Shown piece by piece: positions 31,190 to 44,833 of a stretch of 64,000 nucleotides of DNA (the first letter of the stretch is position 1; the number at the start of each line of letters is the position of its first letter). Location of the stretch: the NCBI RefSeq assembly GCF_009914755.1, contig NC_060929.1, one strand, 5' to 3'. Both the position numbers and the translations under genes were made by a program. The stretch is from the human T2T-CHM13v2.0 reference genome, Homo sapiens. A model generated the notes under the pieces. That model had not been told where the DNA came from. It worked only from the letters and a program-made list of their open reading frames with translations, and did no database searches.

Positions 31190-32215
31190 GTGAGCAGAGG
31201 GCTGGACACTGCCCTCCATGACCAGCACTGCCCTCCACCCTAGCTCACTCCCCTAGCTGGCCCAGGGGTTCAGGCTTTCCTTTCATAAAGTGGGGTCGAG
31301 GAAAGGCAAAACCTCCTCCCCTGGGCCACACGAACCGTGGTGCACAGGCTCCCACTAGGTGGGCCAGTCAGCTCATCCCATGGACACACCAGGGGCATCG
31401 AGAAAGGAATAGCGACCTGAACCCCATACCCGAAGGGTGGCCCTCAGGACCCCCAAGGCAGGGAACAGGCTGCAGAGGGTTTGGGGGAGCATCTTGGTGC
31501 ATAGAAAACAAACACTCTGGGAAGCCGCTGTGAGTGTGTGTGGCTCTCAGGCCTGTTCTGTCCTGGGTGCGCTGCGTTCCCCAGGCGGCACCATCTCTCT
31601 GCCTCTGTACCCTTGAATTCCCTCTGCCTGCACCCGGTCCCCACCCACCTCCTGCCCAGCCCCACAAGCCCTTCCAGACCACTGCTGGGGCATTCCTGGG
31701 CCCCCTCGGTTCTTGGTGACTACCATGCAGTTCTCTATGGAAACTGACTCTCACTGAAAACAAGTGTAACCGTCTACCTAAGAGACTCACACAGAGTTCT
31801 CAGCCAGGTCTCCAGGACAATCAGACGCAACTTGTCATTCTCACTCATCCCATCACCCGACTAGCTTCTCAGCCCAGCCCTGGGGGAGGTTTTCCCCTTA
31901 CTTGAAATGTCTCTTGGATTTGAAAAATCCCAGCGTTCACCCCTGGTGCCGACACTTGCCTCTGTAACCTTCTGCCTGCTGCTTTGCTCTCATCCAGACC
32001 GGTTGGCACTTGGCCCCCTCTGGCCAGCTGGTTCCCCAGAGACAACCATCTTGCCCACCTTGTGGAAGGCCCCATGGCCTGCCTCACCCCTCACTCCCAT
32101 TTCACAGCTCTCGTGGTGCTCTACAAGAAAAATCTGCTTTATAGATGAGGAAAGACCCTTGGGGCAGACAAGACAGTCCCTGTTTGACATAATTCCTTTA
32201 TCTCTTCTCCCCCAG

Positions 32216-32317
32216 CTCTGCTGCCCCCTGCCCCATACACGTGATGGAGCAGAAAACGTGCTGTGTGAACCTGTGACTTCAGGGCCTGTTGACGTGGTCG
32301 TGCTTGCATACTCTCTG
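32216..32317 (+). ncRNA. Candidate lncRNA exon (102 nt)
   Basis: Strong polypyrimidine acceptor ttcctttatctcttctcccccag| and donor ctg|gtgagg. Confidence 0.55.
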
Positions 32318-32349
32318 GTGAGGGGTGGGGAGAGGGGGTGGGAGACGGG

Positions 32350-32640
32350 TAGAAATAGATGAAGTAGATGATGGGTGGATTGCTGGCTAGATAGATGATA
32401 GATAGGGATAGGTGGTATATGGGTGATAGGTAACAGGTGATGGATAGATGATAGAAATAGATGATGGATAGATACTTGATAGGCAAATTAGATAATAGAT
32501 AGCAATAGATGAACTAGATGATAGATGGAAAGGTAGGTAGGTAGATATATGATAGATGGTTGATAGATAAAAATAGATGAAATAGATGGCATGGTTAGAT
32601 AGGTGGGTAGGTAGATAGATGACAGATAGAAAGACAATAG
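32350..32640. repeat. Complex (GATA/TAGA/TAGG)n microsatellite
   Basis: Direct reading. Confidence 0.9.
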
Positions 32641-33627
32641 ACCACTGGGGGCTGAGCCTGGCCTGAGCCAGAAAGGTGAGAAGGGGACAGCGGTGAGGAC
32701 CCCACAGGTCCCTGCTCTCACCCCTATTAGCCCCAGTGTTTGGCCTGAGCTCTGACTGACAGCTCCCTCTTTCCGAGATGAGACTCAAGAGGAGGAAGAG
32801 GGGACTTCCTAAGGACAGGGATTCTTGGTGTCTCCTTGGGGGTGGTAGACACTGCCTGCCTCGCCTGCTGTGGCCTCTCTGCACACAACCAACGACCCCT
32901 AAAGGGCTCCATGGGCGCCCATGCTGCCCCCATCAGCTGACACCCCCTGTGCGAAGATTCTCCTCCTCCTCTTCCTCCTGCCTTTCTGTCCCCTCATCCT
33001 CCTCTTTATGGAATTAACTTCCCTTGGTCAACATCTTCCTGCTTCACTCACTTCCCTAAACTCCTCCCTATCCCTTCTCAATCTGCAAGAAAAATGTAGA
33101 AAGAATATGGTAAAGGAAAGCTTTGAGCCCATATTTGGGTCCAATGCCGACACCACATGCCCCAAAGCCCCCTTGAGAGCATCCACGTCCGTGTAGTTGA
33201 GTATTGCCCGAGCTGGAGTGAGATTTGCCTCTCTACGGAGCTGCCTTCCTGCAGTTCAAGAGCACTGTCTCTTTTCTGGGCCTCCTGCCTGGTGCAAGGG
33301 CCCCAGCTGAGCCTCCTCCAGCTCTGACCTCTGGTGGTTCCGGGCTGCCCCAGAGGGTCTTGCCCAGGCTCTGACACTTGGCATGGTCTGGGAGCTCCAG
33401 CAGCCACAGCCCAGCCCTGGGGAGGCTTTGTGGTCTCTGAGGGGGCAGGTGCACTCCCCCAACTCCAGTTCATGTTTTTCCCTCCAACTCTAAGCCTTTT
33501 TCTTCCTCTGCTATTACCCAGGCACCCTACCCTGTCAACAACACTGGCCTTCAAGACCCTTTGTAGCATAACTCCCACCTATAACTCCCACCTGAAGCCA
33601 GCCCTTCCCACCTCTGCGCCTCTGATG

Positions 33628-33762
33628 CCCAGGACAGCTCTGACCATGGGCAGCTCTGACCCAGGACAGCTCTGACCTTGGGCAGCCCTGATCTGGGGCA
33701 GCTCTGACCTCGAGTAGCTGTGACCCTGGGCAGCTCTGACTCTGGGTAGTCGTGACCCTGGG
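33628..33762. repeat. 16-bp tandem repeat (gggcagctctgaccNN), ~8 copies
   Basis: cagctctgac-like core at 33635, 33651, 33667, 33683, 33699, 33715, 33731, 33747. Confidence 0.9.
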
Positions 33763-34489
33763 GAACTCTCAGCACGGGGGTTGCATGCTCCTGTTTAGAC
33801 AGCTGCTGTCCCCCAAGCTGGCTCACTATCCCATGTTGGAGTGCACTGTTCGGGGCTGCCTGCCTGGATTGATGCAGGGAAACTTGGTTCCAGCCCACCT
33901 CCTCCTGCGGAGGCTGAGTCAGGGGCTCTTCCCTCGGCCAGGCTGAAAGGCAGCTGTTGGTCCCCCTGTGAGGTCTTCCACATGGCCTGGGAGAGTCTCC
34001 CCATCTCTTCAGGCAGAAGGGAGGACAGTCCATAATGTTCCTTCCAGTCCTCTGACTTGTCATTTTTCTACCCCAAATCTTGCACTTTAACCCCATAGAG
34101 AGCTCCTGAAGGGGGAATTTTAACTGGCAAAACTCAGAACTCCATCCAAACACAACCGAAACCATCCTGGGTGGCTTAGAGGTGGCTGCCTCCCAGACAA
34201 GTCCATAGCCCCACAGAAACGTCTGGTCCTTCACCTGCCAGAGCTCAGGCTTTTTGGTTGAAGCCGGAGACAGGCCCAGCTCAGAGTGTGCCCCGGTTTA
34301 TCCTGAACACCGACTTGGTGCGGTGTGTGTGACAGACCAGCGAAGCGGGTCTTGCTGCCTGTCCTGTGGTTGGCCCTTGGCTCCCAGCCTCGAGTCCTAC
34401 CCTTAGGCCAGGTCAGAGCAGGTTCAGCAGCAGGACTGGCTAGGCACCACCCAGGCTCATGAGGTGGCTTTGTGGGGAGGAAATGAGGT

Positions 34490-35595
34490 TTTTTTTTTTC
34501 CTCTTGTAAAGTTGCTTGTTGTTAATTTAAAATTTTAATTTCATTTCTGAATTAACATTCAGCAAAACTGCTATTTTTTGGTGTACAGTTCTATGAGTTT
34601 AACACATTTATAGATTCATGTAGCAACACTGTGGATACAGAACAGTTACATCACCCCCAGAACTCCGTTCACAGTCACGCTCCCCGACCCAGCCCCGGCA
34701 GCTCTCCCTGTGGTTTGTCTTTTGCAGAGGAAATCCCGCAGCTGGCGGCACCTGGAGACCGGCTCCTCGCCGAGCCGACCGCGCGTGCGCGGCTCCCTCC
34801 TCGTCCGTGCTGAGCGCCGCGTGGGGTTCCGCGTGGAGGCGCCTGTGCCGCTGAAGCGTGTTTGGGTTGCTTCCAGGGTGGGATGGTTGTTGGATAGAGC
34901 TGTTTGTGCATTTGCGTTGTAGGTTTTTGTGTGAACATAAGCTTTTGTTTCTCTCGGGTACATACCCAGAAGTGCAATTGCTGAGTCATGTGGGAAGCGT
35001 GTGCCCAACTTTACAGGAAAACACCACAGGCCGCCCCTTCGCTTTGCGCTCCCGCTAATCGGGAATGAGTGCCTGCTGCTCCGCGTTCTTGCGGGCACCC
35101 AGCATTTTCCGTGCTTACATTTCAGCCATCCCGGAATGAATGAAAAGCGTTTCCTAGTGGCTGTAATTTGCATCTCCCTGGTGGCTGATGGAAGCTTATT
35201 TCCCATCCATATCCCTTGCTTGGTGACGCATCTGTTCAAGTCCTTCCCCGGTTTGTAACTGGATTATTTGGTGTTTTTACTGTTGGATTTTGAGAGTTCT
35301 TTATGTATTCTAGATACAATTCCTTTGCCAGATATGAGATTCACAAATATTTTCTCCAACTCTATGTCTTGTGTTTTCATTCTCTCAACAGTGACTTTTG
35401 CAGCATTCATAGGGATTTTATGTTTTCTTCTCAAAGTTTTATAAACCACTATATTTAAAATTTTAATTTAAAAACTATAAACCTATTATAGTTTTTAAAT
35501 TAAACTGTAAACCTCTTATATAGATTTTCTGTTTAAACTTATGATTCCTTTTAAGTTAATTATTATGTAAGTTGTGAGGGTTGGGTCAAGGCATT
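34490..35595 (-). mobile_element. Old L1 (L1M-type) 3' end and ORF2 C-terminal remnant
   Basis: Poly-T then ttttttggtgtacagttctatgagttt; minus-strand translation REMQITAT...FPHDSAIALLGMYPRETKAYVHTKT resembles the L1 ORF2p C-terminus; decayed. Confidence 0.85.
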
Positions 35596-35871
35596 CCTTT
35601 GCTTAAAATCCCCAGCTTTTCATTTCTCTCAGACAGAAGTCTTGACCTGCAGGGTCAGGCTCCCCTGCTCTCTGAGCTCGCCCTCCCCACGCAGCGCTAG
35701 CCCCTGGACTATTCTCACCACTCAGGCCTTGGCCTCCATACCCGCTTGGCACCCACCAAAGGGTCCGGGGACCCCTCCACAGGGCAGCGTTCTGTCTGTG
35801 AGGTGAAGCGGGAGCAGAGGGCCAGGCAGAGCCAGGCTGGGACCCAATCTCTGCTTCAGGCTGGTCTTTTT

Positions 35872-36162
<291 letters not shown>

Positions 36163-36841
36163 CAGGCTGGTCTTTTTTGCCAGAGTTAGTGTTGTATTGA
36201 GGGACATGGAGGGAGAAAAGGGGGTCAGTTAGGGGCAAGTTTACTTGTGCAGGTAACCAGGGTGAGGGCTCGAGGGGAGAAGAGAGATAAGGAGGGCAGA
36301 GCTCAGCCAAGTTGGCCTGATGACATGACCAGAATGTGATCACTAGATCCCCTGCCTGGAGGCCCAAGTGTGGCCCCAGGTCTGGATAGTTGCAGCCACT
36401 GTGGGGAAGCTTCAGTTTGGGAGCCACAGAAACCAAGAATATTGTCTGGGAAGCTGATGTGCAGAGAGGAGAATGGAGCGGATGGAGGTGCGGTGGGGGA
36501 GAGAGACAAAGAGACAGAGAGGAGAGTAAAAGCCTGTTGCTGGCTCCACTATGTTGGGCTTGTCAGCCCAGCTTCTTCTTGTCCCATCCATAAAATGGGC
36601 TGGTGTCGCCCATCCTGGTTAGGAGGCACAAGGAAGTGTTGCGCTGTGTGCTCGGCCCAGCTGACTCAGCAGCTCTCCAACCTTGGGGACTCTCCAGACA
36701 GGTGTGTGCAGGTGAGGTGCTGGACCAAGGAAGGGCAGGTGGAGGACATGGCCGAGGGGAGCTCTGTGAGCTGAGCTGCCTGCTTCGAGGGTGCCCTTGA
36801 GGCCCAGGACTGACCCCTGGAGGGAGAGGCTTCCTTCCTTC

Positions 36842-37461
36842 TGTTGGGGCTCAGAAAACAACGCCCCAAAATGAAGTCCTCAGCAGCAGCCTCAGAAGCA
36901 AAAGTTGTCTCTGACCTTCTCCTGCCCTCCTGTCTCTCAGTCTCATTCTCCCCGAAGGCGCTGTAGAAACCAGACTCTCTTTTTCCCCAAGGCCGGTCAC
37001 AGAAATCAGAACCCCTTCTCCCCAAAGCTGGTCAGAAAACCTAAAAATATTACTCAGTTTTCCGTCTACCTTTCTATATAAGAGCTGACTAGAGAGAAAT
37101 GATCCAACATCCCTTGTTTGACTGTAGGTCATGAGACTGTCATTCCAGAGAGGGCCCTGCCCCACGTCCAGAGAAGAAAATGCTCAGAGACGAAGACAAA
37201 TCTAGACAGACCTTGCTGGGTTCCCACTCAGTCTATTCACATTAGATCAAGCCCTTTGTGTCCAATCCTTTTTTTAGAGGACTGTTCATACGTTATTAAA
37301 CCTAAACATAAAAATGGACAATTTCCCCCATCGTTGGGTCTTCGTTCTAAAGGTTCTTATATGTACACATCACATAAATTTGCATACCGTTTCTCCTATT
37401 AATCCATCTGTCTCATGTCAGTGACTTCTCAGCAAACCTTTAGGGGCCAAGGGGCCCCACA
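36842..37461 (+). mobile_element. ERV1-class solo LTR (subfamily uncertain)
   Basis: tgttggggctcagaaaac...cccaaaa start and tcagcaaacctttagggg...ggccccaca end typical of MER4-group LTRs. Confidence 0.7.
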
Positions 37462-37902
37462 CTCTCCAGCGGCAGGCACAATGGGCCTGGGGTGCAGTTG
37501 TGGACACTCGGACCCTCCTTGGAGCTGGTTTAGCTGTGCTGTGTGCTTGTGGGAATGGATTGCCATGATTTCTGGGCTCTAATAAATTGTGCTTCAATCG
37601 ACTCTTGAGGAGTTAATGAGAGGCCTCACTTCAGACCATAAACACCCTCCCTGTGTGGGATAGAAACACACATCGTCACAGCCAGGAGGTCAGTCGGGTG
37701 AGGGTCTGCTTTGCTTACAAGGTCCAGAAACCCAGCAGAAAACCCTCGAGGCCACATCAGTGAAGAGTAACTTATTTCAGCAACATTTCCATGTGTGACA
37801 CAAGACACACATTTCCTGCATCCACCTTTAAAGTCAAGAAGTTGAAGCTGAATAAAGCCAGCAGGCAGCGAAAATCACCTGCACTCAGTTCAGTTGTGGC
37901 AG

Positions 37903-38148
37903 GAAAGGGAAAGAGCCATGAAGAAAGGAGAGGGGGATGGAGAGGGAGAAAGGAGAGGGGGATGGAGAGGAGAAAGGAGAGGGGGATGGAGAGGGAGAAA
38001 GGAGAGGGGGATAGAGAGGAGAAAGGAGAGGGGGCTAGAGAGGAGAAAGGAGAGGGAGATGGAGAGGGGGATGGAGAGGGGGATGGAGAGGAGAAAGGAG
38101 ACGGGGATGGAGGGGGGATGGAGAGAAGAAAGGAGAGGAGGGTGGAGA
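37903..38148. repeat. Purine-rich (GGA/GAGA) imperfect tandem repeat
   Basis: Repeated ggagagggggatggagaggagaaa units. Confidence 0.9.
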
Positions 38149-38762
38149 GCGACAGCTGCAGAGGGAGGCAGGGAGGCTGGCTGGGCGTGGACAGCTGCAG
38201 AGGGAGGCAGGGGAGGCCGGCTGGGCATGGACACTGCAGAGGGGACACAGCCACTCTGGGAACAGCAGCCAGTGGCGGATCTGCCTGGAATGCTGTTCCC
38301 TCCTGTCCAGGATGGGCCTGTCTCTGCAGACAGGGGCCCTCCCCTTCCTGGCCTGGCTGTGCACTCCCCATGTGCATGGTGGAAGCTCTGCAGAGGCCGT
38401 TCTGCTCCAGAGTGGGGCATAGCCTCGGGCGAGGTTCACAGCTTGGGGGGCTGGTCCTGCCCTGTCCCACATGTGGCTGTGTGGGCAGCATGGATCTTCT
38501 TCCGCGGTGACCCTGTGTGCCCACCCCCCCCAACTTATGCCTGCTTCCCAAGGCCATGGGCCTCACCCTCAGACTTCACTTTTGTGTATATGGAAAGACA
38601 CAATTATCGGGACAGAAACAGATCAGTATTTGCCAGTGGGTGAGTGAGGGGAGAGGAGTTTACTACCGAGGGGCCGAACTGGGGCCATTTTTGAGGGATG
38701 AAAGTCTTCTGTGTGGCTCTACAGAGTTGGGTACGTGATGCTGTGCTTGTCAAACCCCACAG

Positions 38763-38942
38763 GACTGGACCTCACTGTGGGAACAACAAGATCAACAAGA
38801 GGAGCAAGAACAACATCAAGAGTCAGGGCCCGGGGGTCCTGACGGGTACAGGACGGGTACAGACCCACACAGGAATCCCAGAGTGTGTTCCACAGCAGGA
38901 CACGCCTGCGCTGAAAGAGTGGGCAGAAAGGAGCTGACCTGG
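38763..38942 (+). ncRNA. Candidate lncRNA exon (180 nt)
   Basis: ccccacag| acceptor and consensus donor tgg|gtaagt. Confidence 0.5.
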
Positions 38943-39166
38943 GTAAGTCCAAAAACAGTGTTTTGATTAGATTCTGGAAAGAATCAAATAACTCTGCATA
39001 TCTAAGCACTAAACTCCAATTGGTAAAATTGTTTCCCACAGCAATACATGTTAGCAACTTTGAAACTACTTTTATATATACTAAGGTTTCACAAATAAGT
39101 CAATACAGTAGTAAGAGTCAGGGTTCTCACAGCTGGATAAGGAAGTCATGGAAAAGCCAGCGGGGA

Positions 39167-40417
39167 CCCTGAGGTCCATATATAATATATATTATACATA
39201 TATACAGATCAGAATGGACCCTAAGGTGGTCGGTTATAGACAGATATGCCAGCAGGAACTCATGTTTACATGATACATATATACAGATCAGAATGGACCC
39301 TGAGGACCATATATAATATATATTATACATATATGCAGATCAGAATGGACCCTGAGGTCCATATATAATATATATTATACATATATACAGATCAGAATGG
39401 ACCCTAAGGTGGTCGGTTATAGACAGATATGCCAGCAGGAACTCATGTTTACATGATACATATATACAGATCAGAATGGACCCTGAGGACCATATATAAT
39501 ATATATTATACATATATACAGATCAGAATGGACCCTAAGGTGGTCGGTTATAGACAGATATGCCAGCAGGAACTCATGTTTACATGATACATATATACAG
39601 ATCAGAATGGACCCTGAGGTCCATATATAATATATATTATACATATATGCAGATCAGAATGGACCCTGAGGTCCATATATAATATATATTATACATATAT
39701 ACAGATCAGAATGGACCCTGAGGTGGTCAGTTATAGTCAGATATGCCAGCAGGAACTCGTGTTTACATGATACATATATACAGATCAGAATGGACCCTGA
39801 GGTGGTCGGTTACAGTCAGATATGCCAGCAGGAACTCGTGTTTACATGATACTTATATACAGATCGGAATGGACCCTGAGGTGGTCAGTTATAGTCAGAT
39901 ATGCCAGTAGGAACTCGTGTTTACATGATACATACATACAGATCAGAATGGACCCTGAGGTGGTCAGTTATAGTCAGATATGCCAGTAGGAACTCATGTT
40001 TACATGATACATATATACAGATCAGAATGGACCCTGAGGTGGTCGGTTATAGTCAGATATGCCAGCAGGAACTCGTGTTTACATGATACATATATACAGA
40101 TCAGAATGGACCCTGAGGTGGTCGGTTACAGTCAGATATGCCAGCAGGAACTCGTGTTTACATGATACTTATATACAGATCGGAATGAACCCTGAGGTGG
40201 TCAGTTATAGTCAGATATGCCAGTAGGAAATCATGTTTACATGATACATATATACAGATCAGAATGGACCCTGAGGTGGTCGGTTACAGTCAGATATGCC
40301 AGTAGGAAGTCGTGTTTACATGATACATATATACAGATCAGAATGGACCCTGAGGTGGTCAGTTATAGTCAGATATGCCAGCAGGAACTCATGTTTACAT
40401 AATACATATATACAGAT
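39167..40417. repeat. Two-unit VNTR (79-bp and 52-bp units)
   Basis: ccct(g/a)agg unit starts at 39167, 39219, 39298, 39350, 39402, 39481, 39533, 39612, 39664, 39716, then every 79 bp to 40348. Confidence 0.97.
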
Positions 40418-40887
40418 AGGTTAAATATATACACACACACGTGCGTGTGCATACATGGCTTAGCACACACATCTGTAGATCCTGGGTTTGTCCTTTGAGA
40501 GGGGACACCCCAGTAGCAGCAAGCACATTCCATGCCCAGATGTTAGTTTCTAAATTTCATCTTCAATAAAAGGAGCCAAGTCTCCCTGGAGAAATGGCTG
40601 ATAATTGGGATGTGGGAGAGAAAATACAAGATGAACCTGGAGCATCTTGTAGTCCCAGGAAGTAAGAAAATGCTCAAAAATAAAATTTTTAAAAAGCTGT
40701 GGGCATTTCAAAAGGGCATGGAACCCAAAATGTAAGAGCTCCCAGTGGCCACAGCTACAATGATTTGAGTGCACACACACTCACACAGACATACACACAC
40801 ACACACACACAAATCGGATTATGCCCCAAAGAATAAAATGAATGTCCATGGATTTGTAAGCATATAAATAAATTATTGAATAAATTA

Positions 40888-41468
<581 letters not shown>

Positions 41469-42023
41469 GAAAATCACCATCAGTGCTGCAGGCAAGCTCC
41501 CCTGAGGAATGCTAAAATTCCTGTGCAAAGTTTAAGGAGAAAGAAGATATTTGTATACTGTCAAAGTGTCTCCCCTAAATGTTCAGTAATTACCATGGTG
41601 CCCAAATTCTTTGATGCTCCTTCCTGTGGGAGTTGGAGCTCATGCTGGACTTCATGACTCACTCTTAACCAGCAGGACATGGAGAGGAAAACAGTCACTC
41701 TCCCGTGGGGAGACCTGGCAGGCCTCACCTTGGCCGTGTGATCAAGGTCCAGACCACCAGTGATGAGGCATGTTGACATCGTGGCCCCTGAGAGCACGTG
41801 ATGAGAAGAGCGCTCCACCTCTGCCGTGTTCTTCCGCAAACGCACAGTTCCAGTGTAATCAGAGAGAACATCACACACACACCAATTGAGGGGCATCTTG
41901 CAGAATACCTGAGCAGCACTCTGCAAAGCTGTCAAGGCAGTGAAACGAAGACAGGCCAGGAAAGGGTCACAGGTGCAGGGGACTAAGGAGGCGTGAGGGC
42001 CAGTGCAGCCTGGGGTCCTGGAC

Positions 42024-44372
42024 GTGAGCTGCTGAGACGGCACCCGCGTGAGTGTCGCAGTTTCCACACCGTGAGCTGCCGAGACGGCACCCGCGTGAGT
42101 GTCGCAGTTTCCACACCGTGAGCTGCCGAGACGGCACCCGCGTGAGTGTCGCAGTTTCCACACCGTGAGCTGCTGAGACGGCACCCGCGTGAGTGTCGCA
42201 GTTTCCACACCGTGAGCTGCTGAGACGGCACCCGCGTGAGTGTCGCAGTTTCCACACCGTGAGCTGCTGAGACGGCACCCGCGTGAGTGTCGCAGTTTCC
42301 ACACCGTGAGCTGCTGAGACGGCACCCGCGTGAGTGTCGCAGTTTCCACACCGTGAGCTGCTGAGACGGCACCCGCGTGAGTGTCGCAGTTTCCACACCG
42401 TGAGCTGCTGAGACGGCACCCGCGTGAGTGTCGCAGTTTCCACACCGTGAGCTGCTGAGACGGCACCCGCGTGAGTGTCGCAGTTTCCACACCGTGAGCT
42501 GCTGAGACGGCACCCGCGTGAGTGTCGCAGTTTCCACACCGTGAGCTGCTGAGACGGCACCCGCGTGAGTGTCGCAGTTTCCACACCGTGAGCTGCTGAG
42601 ACGGCACCCGCGTGAGTGTCGCAGTTTCCACACCGTGAGCTGCTGAGACGGCACCCGCGTGAGTGTCGCAGTTTCCACACCGTGAGCTGCTGAGACGGCA
42701 CCCGCGTGAGTGTCGCAGTTTCCACACCGTGAGCTGCTGAGACGGCACCCGCGTGAGTGTCGCAGTTTCCACACCGTGAGCTGCTGAGACGGCACCCGCG
42801 TGAGTGTCGCAGTTTCCACACCGTGAGCTGCTGAGACGGCACCCGCGTGAGTGTCGCAGTTTCCACACCGTGAGCTGCTGAGACGGCACCCGCGTGAGTG
42901 TCGCAGTTTCCACACCGTGAGCTGCTGAGACGGCACCCGCGTGAGTGTCGCAGTTTCCACACCGTGAGCTGCTGAGACGGCACCCGCGTGAGTGTCGCAG
43001 TTTCCACACCGTGAGCTGCTGAGACGGCACCCGCGTGAGTGTCGCAGTTTCCACACCGTGAGCTGCTGAGACGGCACCCGCGTGAGTGTCGCAGTTTCCA
43101 CACCGTGAGCTGCTGAGACGGCACCCGCGTGAGTGTCGCAGTTTCCACACCGTGAGCTGCTGAGACGGCACCCGCGTGAGTGTCGCAGTTTCCACACCGT
43201 GAGCTGCTGAGACGGCACCCGCGTGAGTGTCGCAGTTTCCACACCGTGAGCTGCTGAGATGGCACCCGCGTGAGTGTCGCAGTTTCCACACCGTGAGCTG
43301 CTGAGATGGCACCCGCGTGAGTGTCGCAGTTTCCACACCGTGAGCTGCTGAGATGGCACCCGCGTGAGTGTCGCAGTTTCCACACCGTGAGCTGCTGAGA
43401 TGGCACCCGCGTGAGTGTCGCAGTTTCCACACCGTGAGCTGCTGAGATGGCACCCGCGTGAGTGTCGCAGTTTCCACACCGTGAGCTGCTGAGATGGCAC
43501 CCGTGTGAGTGTCGCAGTTTCCACACCGTGAGCTGCTGAGATGGCACCCATGGGAGTGTCGCAGTTTCTACACCGTGAGCTGCTGAGATGGCACCCGTGT
43601 GAGTGTCGCAGTTTCCACACCGTGAGCTGCTGAGATGGCACCCGTGTGAGTGTCGCAGTTTCCACACCGTGAGCTGCTGAGATGGCACCCATGGGAGTGT
43701 CGCAGTTTCCACACCGTGAGCTGCTGAGATGGCACCCGCGTGAGTGTCGCAGTTTCCACACCGTGAGCTGCTGAGATGGCACCCGCGTGAGTGTCGCAGT
43801 TTCCACACCGTGAGCTGCTGAGATGGCACCCGCGTGAGTGTCGCAGTTTCCACACCGTGAGCTGCTGAGATGGCACCCGTGTGAGTGTCGCAGTTTCCAC
43901 ACCGTGAGCTGCTGAGATGGCACCCGTGTGAGTGTCGCAGTTTCCACACCGTGAGCTGCTGAGATGGCACCCATGGGAGTGTCGCAGTTTCCACACCGTG
44001 AGCTGCTGAGATGGCACCCGTGTGAGTGTCGCAGTTTCCACACCGTGAGCTGCTGAGATGGCACCCGTGTGAGTGTCGCAGTTTCCACACCGTGAGCTGC
44101 TGAGATGGCACCCATGGGAGTGTCGCAGTTTCTACACCGTGAGCTGCTGAGATGGCACCCACGTGAGTGTCGCAGTTTCCACACCGTGAGCTGCTGAGAT
44201 GGCACCCGTGTGAGTGTCGCAGTTTCCACACCGTGAGCTGCTGAGATGGCACCCACGTGAGTGTCGCAGTTTCCACACCGTGAGCTGCTGAGATGGCACC
44301 CGTGTGAGTGTCGCAGTTTCCACACCGTGAGCTGCTGAGATGGCACCCGTGTGAGTGTCGCAGTTTCCACAC
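42024..44372. repeat. CpG-rich VNTR, 47-bp unit, 50 copies
   Basis: gtgagctgctgaga(c/t)ggcacccgcgtgagtgtcgcagtttccacacc head-to-tail with no spacers. Confidence 0.98.
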
Positions 44373-44510
44373 GTGCATCATTGCTGTGTAAGATGCTCAA
44401 GTGAGAGGAAGCTGGTGAACGGGTCTGTGGGAAGTTGCAGTACTGTCTTTGCAACTCTTCTGGACATCTTTTTTTTTTTTTTAAATAAAACATTTTTAAC
44501 ATGAAAATAT

Positions 44511-44833
<323 letters not shown>

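Noticed and set aside
30114-31243. Overlapping 177-258 aa ORFs on both strands
   Set aside because: Produced by the stop-free GC-rich 68-bp VNTR.
34646-35239. 197-aa ORF with L1 ORF2-like peptides as a functional gene
   Set aside because: Decayed L1 C-terminal remnant lacking endonuclease and reverse transcriptase domains.
37772-38643. Glu/Gly/Arg- and Ser/Pro-rich ORFs (145-264 aa)
   Set aside because: Translation of the purine-rich repeat.
39167-40417. CRISPR-like repeat/spacer pattern
   Set aside because: The intervening segments are only two recurring types, not unique spacers; it is a composite VNTR.
42024-44372. CRISPR array
   Set aside because: Head-to-tail repeats with no unique spacers, no cas genes, primate DNA.
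41561-44502. Long minus-strand ORFs (638, 804, 839 aa) as repeat proteins
   Set aside because: The 47-bp unit has almost no minus-strand stops, so all three frames read the same 47-aa cycle; starts and ends lie in L1 remnant or repeat DNA; no coding evidence.
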